In this document: positions 42,229 to 50,973 of the stretch, piece by piece | Numbering within the stretch: position 1 is the first letter of the stretch | Layout: every line of letters begins with the position of its first letter | Source: an uncultured Acidimicrobiaceae bacterium | Lineage (GTDB): Bacteria; Actinomycetota; Acidimicrobiia; Acidimicrobiales; RAAP-2 | Reading direction: 5' to 3' | NCBI GenBank assembly: GCA_963724865.1 | Contig: CAVRWO010000005.1 | Span: 197,885-261,884 of the forward strand | DNA: 64,000 nucleotides | The notes under the pieces: model-generated | What the model saw: only the letters and a program-made list of their open reading frames with translations | Databases searched by the model: none | What the model was told of the DNA's origin: nothing | Translations under genes and position numbers: made by a program

Positions 42229-43743
42229 CTACGTGAGTTCGCCGATGGTCGACTCCTCGTCCTCGACCTCGCACGACGATCCGGTCTGACGCAACAGCGG
42301 CGACTTACGAACCACCATGACCACGAGCAGCACGATGGCGATCCCGGTAGCGGCGATGAAGGCATCGACGAAGACGTTGAGCGGGAACGACGGGTAGGGC
42401 ACGAAGCTCTTGTAGAGCAGGTACGCGAGACCAGCGACGGCGATGAGCGACGCGACGAGCACTGCGGGCGCGTTCGAACCCGCCGAACCGAAGCGCCGAC
42501 GCGCCACCATGACGATCACCGCGACGGCCGTGAGAAGGTACATGAAGATCGCACCGTCGCCGGCGACAGTACCGAAGTTGCCAAAGGCGTTGATCATGTT
42601 GGCCTTCATGGCCGCCACCAGAATGATGCTTCCACCGCACGTGAGCGCAACAACCCACACGGCCACCGAGGGCGTGCCGTGCTTGGGGTGTACGCGCGAG
42701 AGCGGGCGGGGCAGAAGTCCCTCGTTGCTCAACGTGAACAGGAGTCGCGAGCCGACGTTGAAGTACGCGATGATGACCGCGATCATTGACAAGATGATGC
42801 CGACGTCGACGACGTAGCCGTACCATCCCACATTCGAGACATTGGCCGCGGACGCGAGGAGGTTCGAGGTCGTCGTGAAGTTGAAGTGGGTTCCCTGGAA
42901 GGCCAGCACCAACACGTACGAGCAGATCGTGAAGAAGACCGCCGACACCGCCACACTGCCGATGAGGGCGACCGAGATCGTCCGTCGCGGATTGCGCGCC
43001 TCTTGGCCGAGTACGCTCGACGACTCAAAGCCCGAGTAGCAGAACATCACGAGCGGCATGCCGAGCAGGATCGCGTGCCACGATCCGCCATTGAAGGTGA
43101 GCTCGTGGCTGTTGAAGATCGAGCCGTTGTGCTTCAAGAGGATCATGAGCATCAAGACAGTGATCGCGAGCATCGAGAGCGCTTCAAGAACCAGCATGAC
43201 CCTCGCGGAGAGTTTCACGTTGTAGTAGGAGCAGTACCCGCCAAAGCCGATCCCGAGGAGGCCGATGACCAAGCCCGTGAAGTCGTTGTAGGGAATGCCG
43301 ATCGCCGGCAGCGCCAGGAAGCCTCCGAGGAACTCCGCGATCTGATACGTGACCGCTACTGCCGTTGCCATGTAGCAGACGAAGGCCATCCAGGCGATCA
43401 CGTAGCCGAACGACGCACCGCCGGCGCGAGCGGCCATGGCGTAGAGGCCACCAGACGTCTCGAACCGGCTGGTGAGCTGGGTCAGCACGTAGGCGACAAT
43501 GATCAGGACCGCGCCGCCAATGACCCAGGTAACCCAGCTGGCCGGACCCGTGAGCTCGATCACCAGCACCAAGGCTGCACCGACTGAAGCGCTCGGCGCG
43601 ATGCTGCCTACCGACTGTGCAAGGACACCGATTCCCGACAGCGCCGAGTGATGCAGCTTTTTCAGTTGGGCTGCTTCCGCGGACGATGAAGCAGCTGGTT
43701 CCTCGCCGCTTGACGTCCCCATCTCTTTCGATTCAGTTGTCAT
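42229..43743 (-). CDS. APC-family amino acid/amine permease
   Basis: AQSVGSIAP, GGLYAMA, YSGFESSSVLGQEARNPRRTI, SRLLFTLS.EGLLP..VHPKHGTP; about 12 TM; ATG 43743. Confidence 0.9.
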   Translation of the reverse strand: MTTESKEMGTSSGEEPAASSSAEAAQLKKLHHSALSGIGVLAQSVGSIAPSASVGAALVLVIELTGPASWVTWVIGGAVLIIVAYVLTQLTSRFETSGGLYAMAARAGGASFGYVIAWMAFVCYMATAVAVTYQIAEFLGGFLALPAIGIPYNDFTGLVIGLLGIGFGGYCSYYNVKLSARVMLVLEALSMLAITVLMLMILLKHNGSIFNSHELTFNGGSWHAILLGMPLVMFCYSGFESSSVLGQEARNPRRTISVALIGSVAVSAVFFTICSYVLVLAFQGTHFNFTTTSNLLASAANVSNVGWYGYVVDVGIILSMIAVIIAYFNVGSRLLFTLSNEGLLPRPLSRVHPKHGTPSVAVWVVALTCGGSIILVAAMKANMINAFGNFGTVAGDGAIFMYLLTAVAVIVMVARRRFGSAGSNAPAVLVASLIAVAGLAYLLYKSFVPYPSFPLNVFVDAFIAATGIAIVLLVVMVVRKSPLLRQTGSSCEVEDEESTIGELT

Positions 43744-43821
43744 GTTTGTCTCCCCCGTGTGTCGGTGCGCCAGTGCTCCGGTCAATTAGCGCGAAGTTTA
43801 TGAAGTTGATGCTGACGTGAA

Positions 43822-43863
43822 TAGTGGGAACCTTCCTATGTGATCTCAAGGCGATGCCTATGG
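43822..43863. promoter_or_regulatory. Conserved 42-bp motif, copy 2 (upstream of the permease)
   Basis: TAGTGG-N7-CCTATGTGATCTCAAGGCGATGCCTATGG. Confidence 0.75.
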
Positions 43864-44033
43864 TGCGATCGAGTCGTCGACGAACCCGACTGATCGCTCC
43901 TCGAAGCGGGGTTCGGACCTTCGGAAGTTGACGTCGCTGGCGACCGCGCGGACTCGCACTGGTACGCCCAGAACCCCGGCGTGGCATCGCGTCGTGACCC
44001 ACGTAGCATGCCCGCGGTCGTGGACCCGGTGCG

Positions 44034-45434
44034 TCAGGCCATCTTCAGCTCGGCCACGACCTCATCGAAGGCCTTGCGGGTGCCATCGACCATCTCGTCG
44101 ATCTCCGACTCCGTGACGATGAGAGGCGGCGAGAATGAGATTGTGTCGCCCCAGAGCGCTCGGTTGATGACGCCGTGCGCAAGGCTCGCCTTGAACACGC
44201 GAGATCCGAAGTGCACGTCAGGGTCGATGCGGGTGAGCGGCGAGCGGTCCTTCGCAAACTCGACGGCGCCGACGAGACCGCGTCCGCGAACCTCCGCCAC
44301 CAACGGGTGGTCGCCGAAGGCGTCGTGCAGCCGCTGGTTGAGGTAGAGGCCCCGAGCCGCCGCCTGCTCGACGAGATTCTCGCGCTCGATGATGGCGATG
44401 TTGGTGAGCGCGGCCGCGGCGGCGAGGGGGTGAGCGGTGTAGGTGTAGCCGTGCCCGAACACGCCATAGGTGTCGTTGCCCTGCTCGATCACTTTCCAGA
44501 TCGGCTCGGAGATGAGGCACGCCGACAACGGTACGTACGCCGACGTGATGCCCTTGGCCAACGTGATCAAGTCGGGCTGCATGCCGTAGGTCTCCGTCCC
44601 GAACAGCTTGCCGGTCCGCCCAAAGCCGCACACCACCTCGTCGGCGATCAGTAGCACGTCGTAGCGGTGCAGCACCTCGCTGATCGCATCGAAGTAGCCG
44701 TCGGGCGGCACGACGACACCGCCGACGGCCTGCATCGGTTCGGCGATGAAACCGGCCACCGTGTCAGGCCCCTCGGCGAGGATCAGCTCTTCGAGCTCGC
44801 GGGCGAGCACCGCTGAGAACTCCGCGTCGCTCATGCCCGGCTCGGCCTCCCACAAGCGGTGCGGGGCGCGCACGTGGCGAATCATCGGGAGCGGTACGTC
44901 AAAGCCGGCGTGGGCGAAATCGAGGCCGGTGAGTCCGGCTGCCATCACCGAGACGCCGTGGTAGCCGCGCTGACGGGAGATGATCTTCTTCTTCTCGGGA
45001 CGGCCGAGGATGTTGTTGTAGTACCAGATCAGCTTCACCTGCGTGTCGTTGGCGTCCGAGCCACTGCTGCCGAAGAAGACCTTGGACATCGGCACCGGGG
45101 AGAGTTCGATGAGGCGCTGGGCGAGCAGTGTCGCGACGTCGTTCGACATCGAGCTGAAGGAGTGGTAGTACGACAGACGTTCGACCTGGGCCCTCATGGT
45201 CTCGGCCATCTCGGTGTTGCCGTAGCCGATGTTGACGCACCACACCCCGGCCATCCCGTCCAGGTACCGGTTTCCGGCTGAGTCGGTCAGCCAGCAGCCC
45301 TTTCCTTCCACGATCATCAAGGGGCCGGAGGCCTCGTGGTCGCGCAGCGCGGTAAACGGGTGCAGGAGATACTGGACGTCAAGATCGTCCAGCCTCTTCT
45401 TCTCCTGGAGATTAAATGTCTCACTCGATGTCAT
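44034..45434 (-). CDS. Class III omega-amino acid:pyruvate aminotransferase (GABA:pyruvate transaminase-like)
   Basis: [58 protein letters not shown] (PLP Lys), HGYTY; ATG 45434. Confidence 0.9.
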   Translation of the reverse strand: [466 protein letters not shown]

Positions 45435-45489
45435 GTCTGCCCCTTCTTCGTCCGATGACCGGAGTCTAAGGAGCAGGTTGCGCACGAAA

Positions 45490-45531
45490 TAGAGGCATAT
45501 TGCCTATGAGAACTCAAGGCGCGGCCTCTGG
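45490..45531. promoter_or_regulatory. Conserved 42-bp motif, copy 3 (upstream of the aminotransferase)
   Basis: TAGAGG-N7-CCTATGAGAACTCAAGGCGCGGCCTCTGG. Confidence 0.72.
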
Positions 45532-45610
45532 ATCTCGGGGCGCTGCTCGCGACAGCGAGTCCTGCGGCGGCTTCGACCTCACCCAGAACCTTCCCGTCCA
45601 CGGCCGCTTT

Positions 45611-45652
45611 CAATAGGTGTCGCCTTGAGATGCAATAGGAGGAAAGCCCCTA
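45611..45652. promoter_or_regulatory. Conserved 42-bp motif, copy 4 (inverted; upstream of the Mo-hydroxylase operon)
   Basis: Reverse complement reads TAGGGG-N7-CCTATTGCATCTCAAGGCGACACCTATTG. Confidence 0.72.
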
Positions 45653-45863
45653 GTCCCTCTTGGAGACCCTGCTTATACTTCGCCCCAACCAACGCGTTCC
45701 CGCGTGCAACCAGTGCGATACATGGGAACTCGGGTAGATCGGGAGGAGACGAAGTCGTGACTCAGGTGACCTGCGGTGCACGCGGGCCGATCCGCACTCA
45801 TTGTCGGGCCTGTGACCGTGTTCTTTGGCGCGGATCGCCCTTGGTGGCGCGGGGGCTCGGCGC

Positions 45864-46709
45864 ATGAGTGTTTCGCGCTACGTCGCTCCCGACACGTTGG
45901 AGGAGATCCTCGCCGAAATCTGCGAGGAGGAGGGGAACTACGCCTTCATGGCCGGGGGCACGATCGTCCAGCCCCTGCTCACTGCGGGCAGCTGGCTGCC
46001 CCACACGGTCATCGGCCTTTGGCGCGCGCCGCTCGGGACGATCGAACGGGTGAACGGCAGCGTGGCCATTGGCGCCAACGCACGGATGCGTGACCTGGCC
46101 ATTTCGAACCTGCCCGGTGGACTCAGCGACGCGGCGCGCCAGATCGGCGGACCGGCCGTTCGCAATCGGGCGACGGTGGGCGGCAACATCGCTACGGGGC
46201 GAGGCGACCTGCTCGTCCCACTGCTCGCCCTCGACGCTCGAGTCACGTTGATGTCGCCGACTCGCACCATCGACGCGTCGATCGACGACGTGCTCGACGA
46301 AGCGACCGGCGAGGTATCAGGGCTCGCGCGAGGCGAGCTCATCACACGGATACTCGTGCCAGTAGGAGGGCGCAGCGCGTTCGTGGCGATCGGTCGAAAG
46401 GCCTACAACACACCGTGCGTCGCCACCGCCTGCGTCGTTGCGTCCTTCGACCCCGTTCGTCCTGCGGTGGTGGCGAACGTACGCGTCGCCGTCCACGGCC
46501 CCCAACCGTGGTCCGTTCGTGCGCACGCCGTCGAGCAGGTCCTCGTCGGTCACGAGCTCGACGACGCGGTGATCACCGAGGCGGTGGCGGCCCTTCGCGA
46601 CGCCGGCGACGGCTTCAGCGATTCGGTTGCGAACGCGTGGTACCGATCGACGATGAGCGGCGTCGTGCTTCGTCGGGCTCTAGAGAAGGTAGCGGGAGGA
46701 CAGGAATGA
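45864..46709 (+). CDS. Molybdenum hydroxylase FAD subunit (CoxM/XdhB-like)
   Basis: FMAGGT, QIGGPAVRNRATVGGNI; ATG 45864. Confidence 0.87.
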   Translation: MSVSRYVAPDTLEEILAEICEEEGNYAFMAGGTIVQPLLTAGSWLPHTVIGLWRAPLGTIERVNGSVAIGANARMRDLAISNLPGGLSDAARQIGGPAVRNRATVGGNIATGRGDLLVPLLALDARVTLMSPTRTIDASIDDVLDEATGEVSGLARGELITRILVPVGGRSAFVAIGRKAYNTPCVATACVVASFDPVRPAVVANVRVAVHGPQPWSVRAHAVEQVLVGHELDDAVITEAVAALRDAGDGFSDSVANAWYRSTMSGVVLRRALEKVAGGQE

Positions 46710-47212
46710 ATAGGAGCACCACCGTGACGTTCACGGTCAACGGGTACGCGGCGTCGATCATCGTCGATCCGCTCGCCAGCCTGCAGACAGTGCTGCGCGA
46801 AGAGCTGTTGCTGACGGGGACCAAGGCCGGCTGTCGCCAAGGGGGCTGTGGGAGCTGTTCGGTCCTCGTAGATGGCGAGCTCGAGCTCGCCTGTCTGATT
46901 CCGATCGCAGAGATCGCAGGACGCGACGTCGAGACCATCGAGGGGCTCAGCGCCGGCGAGTCGTTGCACCCCATCCAGACCGCGTTCGTCGAGAACTTCG
47001 CGCTGCAGTGCGGCTTTTGCACGCCAGGGATGGTGATGGCAACCAAGGCGCTGTTGGGCGAGAACACCGCTCCGACAAAGGACGAGGTGATCGAGGCACT
47101 GAGCGGCAACATCTGTCGCTGCACCGGCTACGAACCAATCGTGACGGCCGTGCTGGCGGCGGCCAACCAACTCGTCGAGTCTGACGCCGCGAGTGTGGGC
47201 GGCGCGTCGTGA
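46706..47212 (+). CDS. Molybdenum hydroxylase 2x[2Fe-2S] subunit (CoxS-like)
   Basis: GTKAGCRQGGCGSCSV..ACL, QCGFCTPG, GNICRCTGY; ATG 46706 overlaps the upstream stop. Confidence 0.92.
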   Translation: MNRSTTVTFTVNGYAASIIVDPLASLQTVLREELLLTGTKAGCRQGGCGSCSVLVDGELELACLIPIAEIAGRDVETIEGLSAGESLHPIQTAFVENFALQCGFCTPGMVMATKALLGENTAPTKDEVIEALSGNICRCTGYEPIVTAVLAAANQLVESDAASVGGAS

Positions 47213-48561
47213 GCGGCGACACCGTCCTCGTTCCTCGGGGCAACGGCCCGGTGGGGGCGTCGGTCGAGCAGGCTGACGCTCGCTCGCATGTCACCGGGCA
47301 CACCATCTACGTCGATGACGTGCAGTTACCGAGCATGGCCCACATGGTGCTCGCGCGCAGCCCCTTTCCTCACGCACTCATTCGCTGGATCGACCTGAGT
47401 GAAGCGGAGAAGGTCCCCGGGTTCATTCGCGCGCTCACCGCGCAGGATGTGCCAAAGAACATCTACACGATTCTCGGCCTGATCGGCTTCGGCCTCGACG
47501 AGGAGCGTGTCCTTGCCGACGAGCGGGTCCGCTACGTCGGCGAGCCGATCGTCGCAGTCATCGCCGAGACGAGGACCGCGGCGGCCGAGGCGGCCAGCCT
47601 CGTGCGCATCGAGTACGAGGAGTTGCCCGCGGTCTTCGACGTGGAAGAGGCGTTGGCGCCCGGCGCACCGGCGGTGACCGAGTGGGGCATCAACGCCTTT
47701 GACTTCGACGGTCGCCCGTTTCGTCAGGTCCGCTTCGGCGACGTGGACGCGGCGATGGCCCACGTCGATCATGTCGTCGAGGGCCGCTACGAGATGAGCC
47801 CGATCGAGCACGCGCCCGTGGAGACGACCGGGTGCGTCGCCCGGCCCGAACCCGACGGGCGCTTCACGGTGTGGACGAACACGCAGGCGCTCAACATGTC
47901 GCTCGACCTGACAGCCCACATCTTGCAGATCCCCACTCGCCGGCTTCACTTCATCGGCGGCACGGTGGGCGGCGGTTTCGGCGGCAAGGTTGACGCCATG
48001 GTCGAGCCGCTCGCGACGCTCGGCGCGTGGAAGATCGGCCGACCCGTCAAGTACGTCTACAGCCGCGAGGAGGAGATGGTCGTCTCGTCGACTCGAAACG
48101 GCGTGCGGATCTACATGACCGACGGCGTGACCAGCGACGGCCTGATCGTGGCGCGACGGACACGCTCCTACATCGACTGCGGCGCCTACAGCCGGCACAC
48201 GCCGTACGCGGTCCAGAAGCACGCCGCGAATCTCGCGGGCCCGTACTTCATCCCGAACGCTTCTTTTGACATCTACTGCGTGTACACCAACCGTCAGCCT
48301 TCGAGTGCGATGCGCGGCTTCGGCGTCACCGAGGCCTCCTTCGCCATGGAGATACAGATGGACCGCATCGCCGAGCTGACCGGACTGGACCCCTGGACGG
48401 TGCGCTTTCGCAACGCCTACCACGACGGCGACCTCCGTCCCCACCGCAAGCCCGTCGAGGACGCCACGCTCATTGAAGCAATGCAGGCGGCGGCGCATCT
48501 CGTGGGCTACGAGCTGAGTCCCGAGCTGCTGGCGATGTCGTCCAAGCCACGGGAGGTGTGA
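47209..48561 (+). CDS. Molybdenum hydroxylase Mo-binding subunit, N-terminal half (NdhL-like)
   Basis: VTG..IYVDD, RYVGEPI, VGGGFGGK, PSSAMRGFG. Confidence 0.88.
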   Translation: MSGDTVLVPRGNGPVGASVEQADARSHVTGHTIYVDDVQLPSMAHMVLARSPFPHALIRWIDLSEAEKVPGFIRALTAQDVPKNIYTILGLIGFGLDEERVLADERVRYVGEPIVAVIAETRTAAAEAASLVRIEYEELPAVFDVEEALAPGAPAVTEWGINAFDFDGRPFRQVRFGDVDAAMAHVDHVVEGRYEMSPIEHAPVETTGCVARPEPDGRFTVWTNTQALNMSLDLTAHILQIPTRRLHFIGGTVGGGFGGKVDAMVEPLATLGAWKIGRPVKYVYSREEEMVVSSTRNGVRIYMTDGVTSDGLIVARRTRSYIDCGAYSRHTPYAVQKHAANLAGPYFIPNASFDIYCVYTNRQPSSAMRGFGVTEASFAMEIQMDRIAELTGLDPWTVRFRNAYHDGDLRPHRKPVEDATLIEAMQAAAHLVGYELSPELLAMSSKPREV

Positions 48562-48562
48562 G

Positions 48563-49588
48563 ATGTCTAAGGTCCCTGGACGCGGCATGGCCGCGGTCAA
48601 CTACCCCACCGGCATGAACCTCGGTGGTGACCCCACCATCGCCCTCATCCACGCCTCAACGTCGGGGGTGTTCAACATCAGCATCTCGAGCGTAGAGCTC
48701 GGCCAAGGCCTCAAGACCGTGCTCGCACAGATCGGCGCCGAGGCCCTCGACGTCCCCTTCGAGTCCGTCGTGCTCCACAACGACGACACTGACACCGGTC
48801 CGTACTGCACGGGGACGTTCGCGAGCCGCACGACCCATCGCGCCGGCAATGCGATCATCGCTGCCGCCCAGGAGCTGCGCGAGGTGATGTTCGAAGAGGC
48901 CGCCGAGTTGCTCGACGCGGCGCCCGGTGACCTCGTGACCGACGGGAAGGGCAACATCCACGTTCGCGGCGCCTCCGGGCGGTCAGTCACCGTCGCGGAG
49001 GTCTGTTCGGCAGCGCACTTCGTCCACGGCCGGGCCATCGCGGGTCGGGGAATCTTCTTCAAGGCAAAGAGCCCGGTCGACCCCGACACCGGCGCCATGG
49101 ACCCCGACTCGACCGAGTCCCACGCGTGCACGATCGCCGACGTCGAAGTTGACACCGAGACGGGCCAGGTGAGCGTGCTGCGACTGGCAAGCGCCTATGA
49201 GATCGGTCGTGCCCTCAACCCTCGACTCGTCCGCGGACAGATAGTTGGCGGCGCGTGGATGGGCGTCTCGCACACGCTGTATGAGACGACGGCTCCTTAT
49301 TATCCGCTGGTCGAGCACGCGCCGACGAACTTCAGCGAATACCTCATGCCCGGCGCGGCGGAGTGCCCGGTCATCGAGGCGGAGGTCCTCGGCATCGCGT
49401 CCTCGAACGGACCGTACGGGCAAAAGGGCGTTGGAGAGATGACGGCCAACTCCCCGATCCCGGCGATCGTCAACGCGATCTACAACGCGATCGGCATCCG
49501 GTTCTACGAATTGCCCATCACACCCGAGAAGGTGCTGCGGGCACTCGAAGAAAAGCGCGCGGCCGCCGCTGCGCCCGAGGTCGTCTAG
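48563..49588 (+). CDS. Molybdenum hydroxylase Mo-binding subunit, C-terminal half (NdhM-like)
   Basis: ELGQGLKT, TFASRTT, EVDTETGQV, ALNP..GQIVGG..MG, GPYGQKGVGE. Confidence 0.88.
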   Translation: MSKVPGRGMAAVNYPTGMNLGGDPTIALIHASTSGVFNISISSVELGQGLKTVLAQIGAEALDVPFESVVLHNDDTDTGPYCTGTFASRTTHRAGNAIIAAAQELREVMFEEAAELLDAAPGDLVTDGKGNIHVRGASGRSVTVAEVCSAAHFVHGRAIAGRGIFFKAKSPVDPDTGAMDPDSTESHACTIADVEVDTETGQVSVLRLASAYEIGRALNPRLVRGQIVGGAWMGVSHTLYETTAPYYPLVEHAPTNFSEYLMPGAAECPVIEAEVLGIASSNGPYGQKGVGEMTANSPIPAIVNAIYNAIGIRFYELPITPEKVLRALEEKRAAAAAPEVV

Positions 49589-49655
49589 GTCAGCAGTTGG
49601 CCGAGGGTCGCGTCGGCTGCGATCCGCGGCCGTCGAACGAGAAAGGATCATCACC

Positions 49656-50777
49656 ATGCTTATCGGAGTGCCAAAGGAAGTGAAGACGGACGAGTACCGC
49701 GTGGCGCTCACCCCAGCGGGTGTGCGCGAGCTCGTGAGCCACGACCACGAGGTCGTGGTCGAGCACAGCGCGGGCGTCGGATCGTCAATCGGTGACGACG
49801 ACTACACGGCGGCCGGAGCAAAGATCGTCGACAGCGCCGACGACCTGTGGGCGGCGAGCGACATCGTCGTGAAAGTGAAGGAGCCCATTGCCGAGGAGTA
49901 CCCACGCCTCGCGGCGCGAGCGAACCAGATCCTCTTTACCTACCTGCATCTAGCGGCGTCGCGTCCCTGTACCGACGCCCTGTTGGTGTCGGGCAACGTC
50001 GCGATCGCCTACGAGACGGTTCGCCGCAGCGACAACTCGCTGCCCCTGCTCGCGCCGATGAGCGAGGTGGCCGGTCGGATGGCCCCGTTGATGGGCGCGC
50101 ATCACCTCATGCGCACGGGCGGCGGACGAGGAACACTCATCTGCGGCGTCCCGGGCGTCGCGCCTGCCAACGTCGTCGTGATTGGGGCGGGCGTCTCGGG
50201 CACGGCTGCTGCTTCGATCGCGCTTGGGATGCACGCCAATGTGAAGATCCTCGACAAGAATCTCGATCGGCTGAGCCAACTCGATCACCACTTCCAGGGC
50301 TCGGTGGAAACGATCGCCTCCTCGGCCCACGCCATCGAGCAGGCGTGCCGCGACGCCGACATCGTCATTGGGGCGGTCCTTGTCGTCGGAGCTCGAGCTC
50401 CCAAGCTCGTCAGCAACGATCTGGTCGCCCAGATGCGCGCTGGTTCGGTGCTCGTTGACATCGCGGTCGACCAAGGGGGCTGCTTCGAGGCGACACGCCC
50501 GACAACACACTCCGATCCAGTCTTCGAGGTCAACGGCTCGATCTTCTACTGCGTGGCGAACATGCCCGGCGCCGTTCCGACGACGTCGACGCACGCGCTC
50601 GCGAACGCGACGCTGCCCTATCTCTTGGAGCTGGCTGGACGGGGTTGGCGCGAGGCAGCCCGCCTCGATGAGGCACTCGCCGAGGGCGTAAACGTCGTCA
50701 ACGGTGCGCTCACCTACGGACCCGTCGCCGACGCGCACGGCCTCGCGCACACCGACCTGGTCACGCTGCTCTCGTGA
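49656..50777 (+). CDS. ald: Alanine dehydrogenase
   Basis: IGVPKEVKTDEYRVALTP, KVKEP, FTYLHLA, MSEVAGR, DIAVDQGGCFE, YCVANMPG. Confidence 0.95.
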   Translation: MLIGVPKEVKTDEYRVALTPAGVRELVSHDHEVVVEHSAGVGSSIGDDDYTAAGAKIVDSADDLWAASDIVVKVKEPIAEEYPRLAARANQILFTYLHLAASRPCTDALLVSGNVAIAYETVRRSDNSLPLLAPMSEVAGRMAPLMGAHHLMRTGGGRGTLICGVPGVAPANVVVIGAGVSGTAAASIALGMHANVKILDKNLDRLSQLDHHFQGSVETIASSAHAIEQACRDADIVIGAVLVVGARAPKLVSNDLVAQMRAGSVLVDIAVDQGGCFEATRPTTHSDPVFEVNGSIFYCVANMPGAVPTTSTHALANATLPYLLELAGRGWREAARLDEALAEGVNVVNGALTYGPVADAHGLAHTDLVTLLS

Positions 50778-50973
50778 GTGAGGTAACGGGTGCCCCTGAG
50801 TTGTCCGTATGGACTCGATTAGTCCGAAACCCTGTCCATTAGGGACCATTGACCCTATTCACGAACCGTAGTGACCGTAACACTTCAGTGATGGCTACGG
50901 GTTTCATTTCAGGTCACGACGGAGCGTCTCTTGCTTCGAACCCGCGGATTCTCTCTCGGACGGGGGAAGGTCC

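Noticed and set aside
48555-48570. Frameshift or nonsense mutation splitting the Mo subunit (pseudogene)
   Set aside because: The second gene has its own GGAGG RBS and ATG, and both halves end and begin at the boundaries known for naturally split L/M subunits.
38376-50777. Taurine degradation (Tpa + Ald + Xsc)
   Set aside because: The ThDP enzyme has an acetolactate-synthase-like N-terminus (FGVPGES) rather than the Xsc-type GIIGSA, and no pta or sulfite export/oxidation genes are present.
50778-50973. Hidden acyl-carrier-protein gene or riboswitch upstream of the amino acid:carrier ligase
   Set aside because: No roughly 80-aa acidic ORF with a DSL-type Ser motif and no recognisable RNA motif; it looks like an ordinary, relatively AT-rich promoter region.
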